A stretch of DNA of 64,000 nucleotides. Origin: Octopus vulgaris. Its lineage: Eukaryota. Position numbers and translations under genes: made by a program. Below the pieces are notes generated by a model. The model made no database searches. It was not told the origin of the DNA and worked only from the letters and a program-made list of their open reading frames with translations. The DNA is taken from contig OX597816.1 of NCBI GenBank assembly GCA_951406725.2, positions 74,462,001 to 74,526,000 on the forward strand. Reading direction: 5' to 3'. Positions 12,350 to 28,667 of the stretch are shown here, piece by piece (position 1 is the stretch's first letter; the number at the start of each line of letters is the position of its first letter).

Positions 12350-13396
12350 TGTTGGGCCCACTTCTCTTCATCATCTACATAAATGATATTACTGATACCA
12401 TCAAACACAGTAACATCAGAACCTTCGCTGATGACTCCAAGCTCCAGAAGGTCATCAATGGCGTGGATGACCGAATAAACCTTCAGTCAGACCTACTGGC
12501 TGTTGTCCAATGGGCGGAAAAGAATAACATGTTGCTAAACGAAGACAAATTTGAACTGATCCACTTTGGAAGGGAGGACGCTCTGAAACGCCCATACTCT
12601 CTTCCTTCTGGAGAAATTCTCCTGGCATCCAACAACATCAGAGACCTGGGAGTAACAGTGGACAACAACATAAGCTGGGCTACACATATAAGCAGCAAAG
12701 TTGACATGGCCCGCAGAATGTGTTCCTGGATTCTCAGAACCTTCCAGTCGAGAGATTCCCGCGCTATTATCCTTCTCTTCTCCACTTTTGCCCGACCCCA
12801 CCTTGAATACTGCTGTCCACTGTGGTCTCCCTACACAAAACAAAATATTATGAGAATTGAAGCTCCCCAAAGGTCAATCACAAAAAAGATAGATGGCATG
12901 TCAGACCTTGACTACTGGGGTAGACTAGAGAAGCTGAAATTGTATTCACTCCAACGACGCCGTGAACGCTACATTATCTGTATGATGTGGAAAATATTCC
13001 ACCAGCACTGTCCGAATGATGTTGGCATCACCTTCAAAATGCATCCAAGGCTTGGACCACGTGCCATCCGTCCACAACAAAAATCTAAGTCGCATCACAT
13101 AACGACAATACGGCACAACTATTTCACCTCAATTGGACCTGCTCTCTTCAACATTACACCAGGGCACGTCAAAAAAGAAACTGACCACACAAAATTCAAG
13201 AAGTCTTTGGACAAATTCCTTCAAACAGTACCGGACAAACCACCCACACCCGGATATGTCTCCGCAAACAATAACTCTCTGCTCGAATGGGCCTTGGTGC
13301 CCAAATCCTGAACTGAAAGACTTCACCAGGTGGTGCTATTAAGTTAGACATGGCCTGGGCCAATACTGGCCAAAACCTTTCTAAGTCATTCTAAGT
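12350..13396 (+). mobile_element. CR1/L2-group LINE copy A: C-terminal RT and post-RT region in an uninterrupted 319-aa frame, plus 3' UTR
   Basis: LGPLLFIIYIND, FADD, RDLGV, LEYCCPLWSP, SLQRRRERY; stop at 13311; tail ttctaagt x2 then (TA)n; 5' part lost in the gap. Confidence 0.93.
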
Positions 13397-14800
<1,404 letters not shown>

Positions 14801-17797
14801 CTTTTACTCTTTTACTTGTTTCAGCCATCCGGCTGAGGTATGCTAGGAGCACCGCCCTTGTTGCTACCCTCTCTAAGTCCAGTTTGCCGTGGCTGGCCAC
14901 TGATCTAAGAGAGAGTTTGTAGCTGCTGCCCTTAGGTTACCTTCGTACCTTGCAGTGGGTTCATCTGGGATCCCGGAAAGCAGCTTGTCTAGATGCTTTT
15001 GAAAATGTCCACATCCGCATCATGTAGATCTCTTACTTGGCAGTTTGTTGAACAGCTGAGGGACCCTGAACCCCAGGCTATTACAGTATCTGCTCCTTAC
15101 CCTGGATGTGGAAGACGGGACCTTTGGCACCACACAGTGACGTCCTGTACGGGGATTGGAACAGCTCTCAATTCCAAAATTTGGTGCTAGTCCCTCCAGG
15201 ATTTTCCATATGTATATCACTGCATATCTCTCTCGTCTTCGTTCCAAGGAGTACAAATTGAGTTCCCTAAGCCTCTCCCAATAGTTCTTTTCTTTCATGG
15301 TGGAAATCCTCTTGGTGAAATGTCTTTGGATTGTCTCAAGCTCTGTGGTTAGTTTGACACTATGCGGTGACCACAGTTGGGAGCAGTAGTCCAGGCGGCT
15401 TGGGACAAATGTCCTCCATAGTGTCAACATGGTCTCGCAGTCTCTTGTCCGGAATGTCCTCAGGATCCAGCCAGTGAGTCGTCTGCACATTGTCGCCACC
15501 TTATATGTGAAGAAAAAATGCATCGTCACTCATGTCTATCCCCAGGTCCCGTATTGATTTCGATACTGGGATTTCGATCCCCTCCTGGACCAGTATAGTT
15601 GTGTTGTAATGCATATGTGTTTACAGCTTGATATTGTAAGGCTTGAAATTTACCAGCATTAAATTGCATGTTGTTGTCTTCAGCCCATTTGTATATGGCA
15701 TCCAGATCTTGTTGTAAAAGGTCAGCATCAGCTGGGTTTTTGATTGCCTGTGCTACCTTTGTGTCGTCAGCATAGCTAGTGAGGGATGTTGTTTGTACTA
15801 CCAAGGGCATGTCAGAGAGCGCCACCAAAAACAGCAAGGGTCCCAAGACTGTGCCCTGTGGCACCCCGCTTGCTATTGGTGTCTTTCTCGAGAGGGCTCC
15901 ATTGGCTGCAACCATCTGGCTTCTGTCTTTCAGGAAGTCATGTATCCACTCACCTACTTTTCCTGTTATGCCGAGTCTGAGTAATTTGTGACATATCACT
16001 CCGTGGTCGACTTTGTCAAAGGCCTTCGCAAAGTCAAGATATACCACATCCACCTGTGAGCGATCCAGTAGTTGTTTCAGTACCCAGTCGTAGTGTTGTA
16101 ACAGCTGCGTAAGGCAGCTTCTTCCTGGGCGAAAGCCATGCTGTATATCAGTGAGACGGTTAGTTTCTTCGAGGAACGTGATCAGTTTTTTTCTGATGAT
16201 TCGTTCCATGACCTTACTTATGTGTGACGTCATATATGGCCTGTAGTATATATATGGCCTCTGCTCTACTCCTCCTATATGTGGATAGGGCATATGGTGC
16301 CTTCTTTTAGCGCCCTGGGCAGTTTACTGTTATATACCACTGAAGAGCTTCTTCATATATGGTCCCGCTAGGGCATATATGTTTTATATATATGCTGAAA
16401 TCCATCTGGTCCAGCAGCTGAGTTTATTCTCATTTCTTCTATGGCAGATATTACATCCCTCTCTGTTATGTCTATGTGGTCGATGGTTGTTGTTTGGTTT
16501 TGGAGTGTATGTGGCATCAAAGAAAACTTCTGGGTTTGTGATTTGCATATATGCCCCAGAGGGGATGTGAACACACTTTTATACTGTTCCTTTAGTATTT
16601 CACTTATCCCTTAGGGGTCCTCAGTTAGAGAGCCCTTTTTATCAAAAGTGGGCCAATCTTGCAGTGTACCGAGGTGGTTTCTTTCGCAAATTTAAAGAAG
16701 GCTTTAGGGTTTGTTTTAATATTCTCTATGGCCCTGGCTTCTCTCTCTGCCCTCTCCTTCTCATAGGAAAGTTTGAGTGCAGTTTCCGTTTCAAAAAGTT
16801 TCAGGTGGAGTCCCTCATTGTTTCTCTGCCGTGCATTCAGTTGCTTCGAGAACTTAGCTCTTCGCCTCATAAGTATTTTCCTGTCTCTGGGAATAACGTT
16901 CCTATGCCCGCTGGCTTTTTTCTCCGGGACAAACTTATGGCATATGTTCTGTATTGTTGTCATGAAATGTTGGAAATGTGTGTTGGTGTCTTGTGTGGTG
17001 ATGAAGTCACTCCAGTCATGTTTTCGGATCTCTTCGTTGATCTTCTTCCAGTTTGCCTTATGGAAGTTTAGACTGGATAGGCCTGTGGTATTTTCTAATG
17101 GCTGCGTCTCAACTAACTCTGTTGTGATCTGAGAGAATTGTTGGTGTTACCATTATGTTGTGGATGAGCATCATTGCTTGTGAAACAGAGGTCCAAGACA
17201 TTCTCACCTCTTGTTGGCCGAAGCACTGCTTGTTCCATGAAAAACTTGCGTGTGAGAGCCAACAAGGACTCTGTCTGTCTCTGTTCAAGTGATGTCATTC
17301 CAGGGAGGAGATGGCCATCTGGCCATTTGACTTTCGGAAGGTTAAAATCTCCCAGCAGTAGAATGGTGTTACCCTGGTCCAGTTTGTCCAGGACTTCTTC
17401 TATTCTTCTGAGGCTATCTTCAAACACTCCTTCATGACTAGGGGTGTCTGGTGGCCGATATGTGACACATATTACTATTTTCGGTTGTTTCATGTGTACT
17501 ATCAGTGTGTCACAGACTGAGTTTCAGTGTGTCAACAGTACTATGGGTGTGACATCTTCACGGACGTACAGGGCAACCCCACCATGAGTTCTTTCCTTCC
17601 TGTCTGACCGAAAAACAGTATACTTTGGTATGTGTATTTCTGCATCTGCTATACTGCTTGACAGGTGCGTTTCAGTCAGCGCTATGCATATTGCATGGTT
17701 GCTTGTGCTTAAGTCCCTAAGGTAAGGAATTTTACTCATATTAGTGGGTTTCACAGACCTCTGACATTCAGCAGAAGCACTGGTGAGATATTTGGGG
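14801..17797 (-). mobile_element. CR1/L2-group LINE copy B: near-complete frameshifted ORF2 (APE endonuclease + RT) and 3' UTR
   Basis: LLLNVRGL, IALTETHL, GGVALYV, LLGDFNLP, LDLCF (APE); QHGFRPGRSC, YLDFAKAFDKVDH, SGVPQGTVLGPLLF, YADD (RT); tail gaaacaagtaaaagagtaaaag. Confidence 0.95.
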
Positions 17798-17849
17798 TGT
17801 CAAATATCTCACCAGTGCTTATATAATGTCAGAGGTCTGGTGAAACACT

Positions 17850-17899
<50 letters not shown>

Positions 17900-17909
17900 G
17901 ATAGATATA

Positions 17910-17959
<50 letters not shown>

Positions 17960-17962
17960 TAC

Positions 17963-17993
<31 letters not shown>

Positions 17994-18146
17994 CATATAT
18001 ATATATATGTACATATATATATATACATATATATATATATAGATATATATATACATATATATGTATACATATATATATATATAGATATATATATATACAT
18101 ATATATATACATATATATATATATATGTATACATATATATATGTAC

Positions 18147-18177
<31 letters not shown>

Positions 18178-18258
18178 CATACATATATATATATATACAT
18201 ACATATATATATATATACATACATATATATATATACATACATATATATATATACATAC

Positions 18259-18341
<83 letters not shown>

Positions 18342-18360
18342 CATATATATATACATATAC
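17850..18360. repeat. (TA)n/(TACA)n microsatellite
   Basis: Seen directly. Confidence 0.95.
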
Positions 18361-20946
18361 ACACCATCAGCAGGCACAGGTGAGTCCTGCTCCATCTCAC
18401 ATATATACCTCTTTCATGGAGCAAATAGTTCTGCAACCAACAAGGGCAGATAATATACTGGATCTCTGCTTCACAAACAATATGGATATTATCCATATAT
18501 GTTATATGTGATGCCGACAATGATCTCGGATCACAACATAATATAGCTGTCTATGTATGGAACAAAAGCCCCAGCAGACACACAGCCTATACGAAGCACC
18601 TACCATCTCTCCAACTTAAACTTTCATAAAGCCAACTGGAAGTCGATTGAGAAAGAGATCCTCAAACAGGATTGGCCTGAATGTCTCTCCACACCGGACA
18701 TAAACATGATATATGCACATATACACTTCATGTCCATAATACAAGCCATATGTGACAAATATGTCCCAATGTGCAGGGCCAGCACACACAAGAACAAAAA
18801 CAGGATCCCTAGAGAAAGGAGGATTCTTATGAGACGACGGACAAGGATATGCATATACCGCCTGAGCAAGCACACCAAAAGTGGTGAGAAGTCTCGGCTC
18901 GAAAGAATGTAATGGATATACTGAGAATATATATACATCAGTCCCATATATATATATGAGAGCATATATATATAGAAGCTTGGGTATATAGAAAATATAT
19001 AATGTATCAAACCCTAAAGCTTTCTTTACAGTATATATATAGAGACAGCCACAGTGCACCAGAGAATAGGACCTCTCTTCCAAAAAGATGGCTCTCTCAC
19101 AGGATAATCCCACGAGGATATAGTGAAATACTGAACGAACAGTTCCAAAGTGTGTTCACTACACCTCTAGTACACAGGCAAGTAAACAACCCAGAAGAAT
19201 ATACTTTGCCACTATATACCAGCGGCCAAAGAGACAAAAATATGAGTACATCAACATCGAAGATGATATCACACTAGCCATATGATGAGATTGACACATA
19301 TATATGCTGCTGGACCTGATGGATATCCCAGCGATCCTTCTCAAATCGTGCATATATATATATACAAAACCGCTACAGCTTCTTTTTCATATATATATAC
19401 ATAGTGGTATAGCTCCCAGTCAAACTGAAATATAGTATATATGCCCTATCCATATAGGGAGGTAGCAGAGCAGATGCTATAAAATTATACATATATATCT
19501 GACCTCACACATCAGCAAAGTCATGGAACGAATAGTCCGTATAGAAACTATATACATATATATATATATATATATATGACTATACTATCTGACACCCAGC
19601 ATGGATTTCGACCAGGTATATGCCTAACACAGCTCCTGCAACACTATGACTGGGTGTATATATACAGCTACTATATATATCAAATGTGGATGTAATATAT
19701 CTTGACTTTGCAAATAGCCTTTGATATAAGTCGACCATGGTATGATCTGTCACAAACTGCGTGGTCTCATATATATATATAGCTGCACATACTATATAAA
19801 TATACAGATATATATATATATATATAGCGATAATATACCTCCAGGGAAACGCAAATAACAAGCGGTGTCCCACAGGGCACTGTCTTGGGGCCACTGATGT
19901 TCATAGTGGCCCTTTCAGACATGCCTTCAGTTGCTACGATGACCATCCTTGCTAGCTATGCAGATGACACAAAAGTCTCCCACGCAATACAAAACCCTGA
20001 AAATATTGCGCATCTGCAACATAAGCTGGACACAATATACAGGTGGGCTGAGGACAACAACACACAGTTTAATGCAGGTAAGTTCCAGGCCCTGCGCTAC
20101 TGGCACACAAAGGTAAATGACGTGAAGACTGGATACACTGGCCCAGGAAGAATTGCAATCCCTGAGTCAAAATCAGTGCGTGACCTGGGCATTGACATGA
20201 GCAATGATGCATCTTTCCAAATGCATATTGCTAATCTGGTGATAAAAATGCAGACGGCTAGCTGGATGGATTCTCCGAACTTTCAGAACAAGAGAGAAGG
20301 AGACACTGATGGTCCTATGGAAAACATTTGTCCTCAGCCGCTTGGACTACTGCTCCCAACTTTGGTCACCACACAATATAAAACAAACAGCAGAACTCGA
20401 AGCAACTCAGAGAAGCTACACAAAGAAAATCGTCTCAATGCAAAATGTCAGCTACTGGGAAAGACTGAAGGTATTAAACCTCTTCTCCCTGGAGCGGAGG
20501 CGGGAGAGATATGCAGTGATATACATCTGGAAAATCCTGGAGGGTCTTGTCCCAAACTTTGGCATTCAAAGTTACTCCAACCGCAGAACGGGGCGCCGCT
20601 GCGTGGTGCCAGGATTCCAACATCACCATCAAAATACAGGTCCAGATACTGCAACAGCTTGGGTTTCAGAGGACCACAGCTCTTTAACATCCTCCCTAAA
20701 TGCCTGAGAGACTTACATGGTGTGGATGTGGGTTTCTTTAAAACTAAACTGGATCTCTTCTTGTTGGGAGTCCCAGATGAACCTACCTCACGACAGGAGA
20801 CACGGATGCGGGCAGCAGCATCGAACTCCCTTGTTGATCAAGTGCCACGTATCAGAGGTGGATTCACAAACTAGTGTAGCTCATTCAGCGGTGGTGCCCC
20901 AGCATGGCCGCGGCCTTCGGGCTAAAACATTTTTAAGGATTTAAGG

Positions 20947-20950
<4 letters not shown>
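18361..20950 (+). mobile_element. CR1/L2-group LINE copy C, 5'-truncated; 5' 1.5 kb riddled with TATA substitutions, 3' 1.1 kb nearly clean
   Basis: [57 protein letters not shown]; stop at 20874; tail (ttaaggat)x2. Confidence 0.93.
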
Positions 20951-22107
<1,157 letters not shown>

Positions 22108-25100
22108 GTATTTTAATTTAATTTAATTTTATCTAGTTTCTGCTCACAAGCTGTGGCCATGCTGGGGCACCGCCATTTGGTGTTACTACATGATTTTTCT
22201 TCACGAATGCTTTTTAGCAATTGCCATTTGGTGCATGAGAGAGTTTGATGCGGTTGCCCTTATCTGCACCTCCTGCCATGAAGTTGGTTCATCTGGGACA
22301 CCTGACAGGAAGAAATCCTGTTTTATTTTAAAGACATCTGCATCCACCCCATGCAGGTCTCTTAGGTTCTTCAGGAGGATATTGAAGAGCTTTGGGCCTC
22401 TGAAGCCCAGGCTATCACAGTATATTTTCCTACATCTTGATGGCAAATTTGGAGTCCTTGGCACTATGCAGTGGCGCCCAGTTCTAGCATTTGTGTAACT
22501 CTCGATGCCAAAGTTTGGGACAAGTCCTTCTAGGATCTTCCAGATGTATATTATGGCATATCTTTCTCGCCTATGCTCTAAGGAATAGAGTCTTAATCTC
22601 TTGAGTCTTTCCCAGTAGCTTATATGCTGCACAGAGGCTATCTTCTTCGTGTAGCTTTGTTGGATCGCCTCAAGTTCTGTGATTAACTTGATACTGGATG
22701 GTAACCATAGCTAAGAACAATAGTCAAAGTGGCTTAGGATAAGTGTCCTCCAGAGGACCATCATGGTTTCCTGGTCTCTTGTTCTAAAGGTTCTAAGAAT
22801 CCATCCGGTCAGCCGCCTACATTTCATTGCCAATTTAGCAACATGCACATGAAAGGTTGCATTATTACTCATGTAAATACCCAGGTCTCGCACTGATTTT
22901 GCCTCTGGGATTGCAATCCCCCCAGGTCCAGTGTATTTATTGGGTATTGCATTTAGTTTTGCATGCTGATATCATAAAGCTTGAAACTTTTCAGCATTGA
23001 ACTGCATGCTATTCTTTTTAGCCCACTTGTATATTTTGTCCAGCTTACATTGCAGGTGTTTAGTGTCTCCAGGGTTCTGTATTACCTGTAAAACTTTTGT
23101 ATCATCAGCATAACGTGTGATCGTGGCTCTCTGCGTGGCTGAGGGCATGTCTGAGGCGGCCATTATGAATAGCAGTGGTCCCAAAACATTGCCTTGTGGA
23201 ACACCGCTCACTATCTGCGTGTTATTGGAGGTGGCCCCATTGGCTACCACCACCTGACTTCTATCCTTCAGAAAGTCATGAAGCCATTCTCTCAATTTTC
23301 TTACTATGCCAAGATCATGCAGTTTGTGACATATCATTCCATGATCAACTTTATCAAAGGCCTTTGCAAAGTCTAGATATATCACTTCCACATTTGAGTG
23401 GTTGACCAGTTGTTTCAGCACCCAGTCATAGTGTTGTAGGAGCTGAGTTAAGAAGCTTCTTCCTGGTCGGAAACCATGTTGGGTGTCAGGCAGCAAGTTA
23501 TTTTCTTCAAGGAAGGCAATTAGTTTCCTTCTGACTATTCGTTCCTTGACCTTGCTGATGTGTGAGGTCAGAGAGATAGGTCTGTAGTTCTTGGCCTCCA
23601 CTCCGCTACCTCCTTTATGAATAGGGCATATTTTAACCTCCTTCAGTTTTCTTGGAAGTTTGCCAGTTCTAAGGAAGCTCTGAAAGAGGAACTGCAGTGG
23701 TCTTGCTAGGACTCTCTTACATACTTTTAGTAGGATTGCTGGGAATCCATCGGGGCCAGTAGTTGAGATTGGGTTCATTTCATCGTCTTCCTTTATATTG
23801 ATGTAATCAATCATCGTTGCCTCTGATTTCATATCTGCAGTGGTAAAGAAGTCAGTTGGATTGCTGACTTGAAAATGCCCTAGAGGTGGAGTGAAAATAC
23901 TTTTGAATTGCTCATTTAGTATTTCACTTATCCTCATTGGATTTCCTGTGAGTGTACTATCTTTTTCAAGGAGTGACCCTATCCTACAGTGCACCATAGC
24001 TGTTTCTTTGGAAAACTTGTAGAAAGCTCTGGGGTTAGATTTTATGTTGTCTATAGCCCAGGCTTCTTTGTCTGCTCTTTCTTTTTCATGGGAGAGTTGC
24101 AGACATTTTTCAATTTCCAGCAGTTTTATTTTCAGGCGGGACTTTTCACTGCTTTCAATTTGTTTGTTTAGGCGATTTGAAACTTTTGTATGCCGTCTCA
24201 TTAGAATTTTCCTCTCTCTGAGGAGTTTGTTCTTGTGTATAGTGGCCTTTGGGACACATTTGTAGCATATGGCTTGCATTACAGACATGAATTGTTGAAG
24301 TTTCATGTCGATGTCTGGTGAGGATAGACATTCAGGTCAGTTTTGTTTGAGGATCTCTTTCTCAATTTGTTTCCAGTTTGCTTTATGGAAGTTCAAGCTG
24401 GAAAGATTCTGAGAGTTTCTTGTAGGTTGCATGTCCATGCTTTCCTTTGGCCCGTACATGGTCAGCTCTAACATGTTGTGATCCAAGAGTAGGGTCGGTG
24501 TCACTTTCACATTATGGATGAGATCCATATTATTTGTGAAGCAGAGATCCAGTATGTTACCTGCCCTGGTTGGTTGGAGTATTATTTGCTCCATGTGCAG
24601 AGTGGAGGGACCTCGCCTGTCCTTGTTCGCATCGTGTCATTCCTGGGAGAGAAAGGCCCTTGGGCCATCTGACATTGGGCAGATTGAAGTCTCCTATAAG
24701 AAGTACACTTATGTGTTGTTCTAATATGACTAGAACTTCTATTTTTGTAAGGCAGTCTTCAAAATTGCCTACATGACTTGGAGCATCTGGAGGACGATAT
24801 GTAGCACATATAACTACACCGAGTTGCCTTATATGTACAATTAGTGTGTCACACGCCGAATTTGAGTATGACAAAAGGACCTGGGGTGTGAGGTCCTCAC
24901 GGATGTACATAGCAACTCCTCCATGACTCCTTTCTTTTCTGTCGGTCCGTAGTACAACATACTGTGGTATATGTATTTCCGCATCTGCTATGTCCGGTTT
25001 CAGGTGTGTTTCCGTAAGTGCTATGCATAAGGCTTGATTGCATGCAACAAAGTCTCTCAAGAACGGGATTTTTGTCCTATTACTGAGTGTTAGCAGTCCT

Positions 25101-25400
25101 CTGATGTTCAGTAGGAGCATCGAGGTGATGTGTGTGTTGTTGCCAATGGTGTCCACCTTGGGTCTATTTGCTGTGGTGGTCTTGTGTATTGTGGATAGTC
25201 CCATCTGTGAGTTTGATTTTGATGGAGCCAGGTTAGCTGCTGTACAATCTTTTGTGCCATGCACAAAAAAAGATTCTTGTTCAGCAGCTGCCCTTTCAAT
25301 AACATGTTGATGGTTTGTAACATGCACTACATCTGTGTACCTCCGTTTTGGGGCAGGTGGTGCGTAGTCCTTTCCTTTTCCTTTATGTGGCAGGGTTTTT
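22108..25400 (-). mobile_element. CR1/L2-group LINE copy D: probable end of ORF1 plus near-complete ORF2 (APE+RT) with a few stops/frameshifts, and 3' UTR
   Basis: LLLNIRGL, ALTETHL, IGDFNLP, NYRPISLTSHISKV, YLDFAKAFDKVDH, SGVPQG, YADDTKV; tail (aaatt)n. Confidence 0.95.
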
Positions 25401-25515
25401 GGTGTGTATATATATATATATACACCAAAATATACACTTTGGTGTATATATGTATATATATATATATATATATACATACACATATGCACACATATATATA
25501 GATATACACAAACAC

Positions 25516-25563
<48 letters not shown>

Positions 25564-25769
25564 CTGGCATGTTCTTTTTCTTCCTTACACCATACCTACT
25601 GCCACCTCTAATATGCTTCTGATCTTAAATTTCCAGCTAACTATAATTGTTTATAGTTGGTTGTCTGCTGCCGACTTTAGATTATGGCAAGAATACATTG
25701 CAACATTATTATAGTTACCATCAGTAATCTTAAAGAAAAAAAAAAGAGCTTTCAGTAAATACATATTAT

Positions 25770-25806
25770 CTACCAGATATTCCAGGTGTAGTGTCTGTGA
25801 GACACA
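25770..25806 (-). CDS. Candidate terminal coding exon (N)VSHRHYTWNIW* of the minus-strand EGF/TM gene
   Basis: atttcag acceptor; phase 2 compatible with exon 28668-28758; no homology support. Confidence 0.3.
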
Positions 25807-26296
25807 CTGAAATCTTGAGATAGATAAACTTTTGAAAATGTCGCACAAGTTAATATAAGCTGCAAGTATTGAGGCAGAAAGAGAGAAGAGCTAATAATAA
25901 ATTATATCTGTTTCTTTCTAATCAGTTATATTTTATCAGAGGACAAAGATATCAAGGGTATTGGCATTAATATTTTTTATATTTCTAACTGTACCAATGC
26001 CAAGAGATGTATCAAATTTCTGATATTAAGTGAAGGCAAAATTTAATCTCAACTTTCACTAAGCTTCCAAAATGCACAAATTGCTAGAAATGATTGTGAA
26101 ATCTCCTTTAATTTATACATCACTTACTTGGACAGAAATGGTACATTGGATGAAGTCCAAAATATAATACAATGTTTGGGAGAAGGACAGACTGGTTAAA
26201 TCTGGAATGCCTTTGATCGTAGGACTGGTCAGTAAAAACTTAGGGTTAAAAAACAATGCATATATTTAAAGCGAGAGGACTTAACAAGAGAATAAA

Positions 26297-26693
26297 GCAG
26301 AGTGCTGTGTGGTAAGTAGCTTGCTTACGAACCACATGGTTCCGGGTTCAGTCCCACTGCATGGCACCATGGGCAAGTTCAGTCCCACTGCATGGCACCA
26401 TGGGCCAACCAAAGTCTTGTGAGTGGATATGGTAGACAGAAACTGAAAGAAGCCCGTCATACATATGTATGTATATGTATATATATATATGTGTGTGTGT
26501 GTGTGTCTGCCCCCTTAACATCGCTTGACAACCGATGCTGGTGTGTTTACATTCCCATAACTTAGAGGTTCGGCAAAAGAGACTGATAGAATAAATACTA
26601 GGCTTACAAAGAATAAGTCCTGGGGTCGATTTGCTCGACTAAAGGTGGTGATCCAACAAGGCCACAGTCACATGACTGAAACAAGTAAAAGAG
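26297..26693 (+). mobile_element. SINE family A with a 31-bp internal tandem duplication in the head
   Basis: Family consensus; 'gttcagtcccactgcatggcaccatgggc' occurs twice at ~26347-26406. Confidence 0.9.
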
Positions 26694-27154
26694 CAGTCTT
26701 TCAAAATAAGAATAATGCTTGATTTTAGACTTTAGTCTAGAACAATATGACAGACACTTCAGTTATTCGAATGTGGTAATTTTACAAATGATAGCTATGA
26801 GCCAACAGGGCACCTCAATAGAGTTGTCCATCTACCAGAAACAATAGTGAAATATCTTTTGAATAACATCTTGTCACCTTAATAAAAGAAAGCTATATTT
26901 GATAATATAGCTACAGATCAACTATATCTGCATATGAAAGACAGGATAGTCACAGCTGGAACACCTTTGATCACAGGTTTGCCCAATGAGAGCTGACCTG
27001 GAGACAGACAACAAGAATGAATACGTCTGTTAGACAACTGTCAGTGTTGGGTAGAATTGTACATGGAGTATAATTAATGAAACTCCAATGAGGTGGCAGT
27101 GTTAATTGGGCCATAATTAATTAATCATTGAGATGCTGCTGAAGACTTTTAGTG

Positions 27155-27485
27155 TCATCATCATCATCCTCGTTTAACGTCCGCTCTCCCTGCTAACATG
27201 GGTTGGACAATTTGACCAAGGACTGGCAAACCAGATGGCTGCACCAGGCTCCAGTCTGATCTGGCAGAGTTTTATACAGCCGGATGCCCTTCCTAACGCC
27301 AACCAATCTGAGAGTGTAGTGAATGCTTTTATGTGCCACCGGCACGAGGGCCAGTCAGGCGGTACTGGCAACGGCCACGCTCAAATGGTGCTTTTTATGT
27401 GCCACCTGCACAGGAGCCAGTCCAGCGGCACTGGCAACAACCTCGCTTGAATGTTTTTTCACGTGCCACCAGCACAAGTGCCACA
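27155..27485 (-). mobile_element. RTE LINE 3' UTR fragment with (GAT)n tail
   Basis: Same sequence as 29379-29972 and 35128-35760 in reverse orientation. Confidence 0.8.
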
Positions 27486-28250
27486 GTTTGGAATAGTGTA
27501 TCTCTTTCCAAACCAGATGAAGATTTGACAATACAGCAGAGTAATGAAGCATTCTTCACTTTTACAGTGTTAACTCTGCTAATGGATGTCTTTTAAAAAA
27601 CCTAAAGAACCTTTGGCTTAAAAAAGATATAAAGAAATTTGAAAACTTGAAATGCCTTCAGGTTCATTTATAATTAGTAAATTTTTTTAATGACAGTCAA
27701 AGCATGAGAAGTTGCACTGATGAACTTTTAAGGGAACACTAAGAGGAAAATAGATGTTCATAGTCTGATCAGAGACTCCAGTGAATGCTTCTAATATGTT
27801 TTTGGCCACTTATAACAGTCTGCCTTGTTGATTCTTCAGCCCTGTAACAAGCACCCCAGTTTGAGAATCTATGGTGGGATCATTCTATACTTCAGACATC
27901 ACGAAACAAAACTAGAAAATTATTCATCCATTTATTAATTTATGGGGATGGGGTACGAAGAACAGCAATAATCCAATCAATAGCATATCTCTTCATTTTT
28001 AATATATTGTGGCAGATTCAAACATTGATGTTATCCAGAAGTGAATAACAACAGCAATCAGATATTTATATTTGAAGGAAGAGGTATCTTATTGCTCACC
28101 CATTTAACTTCCTTACAAATCTTTGACTTGGCGCTCACATAAAAATATAATTTTAACATTATTTAAAGATTACCAAAGATTCTTTTCCTATGACTTATTC
28201 AGAGGAGGAAGGACTGCACCTCTGACCCTTTTTAGGGCCTCTAAGGCTGC

Positions 28251-28479
28251 TTAACCATTTAGCATTTAAACCAGCCATATCCCATATCCAGCCAAAATAT
28301 TCTTCCTGTTTTATGTTCAAAGTGGCCAGATCCAGCCTCTCACACCTACCCTACAATGTTACTCTGAAAAATATAGTTGTTTAATCAAAATCTCAAAGCT
28401 ACAAGATAATGCAGGATAAATTCAAAACTGTGAATAAATAAACATATTTGATAGAACAATCAGAATGCCAAGAGGTTAA
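28251..28479. mobile_element. TTAA-flanked MITE (piggyBac-like)
   Basis: ttaaccatttagcatt ... aatgccaagaggttaa imperfect terminal inverted repeats. Confidence 0.5.
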
Positions 28480-28667
28480 AGGAAAGAAGCTATGCCCTGA
28501 CTCCACTAAATGTATTCAACAATAGGATATAGGTCTTAAACTGAGGGATTATCTGAAGCAAGGTCTGCATGGAAACTCTCTCTCTCTCTCGTTTCTGCAT
28601 TGTAAAAGTGATAGGTTATGATAGAGCTTTATGCTTACTGAACTGGATAGATCAAGTGTATACTTAC

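Noticed and set aside
14801-20950. LINE B and C as one large inverted duplication or read fold-back
   Set aside because: Their proteins differ substantially (C is closer to D); only the ~55-bp arm at 17.8 kb is a true inversion
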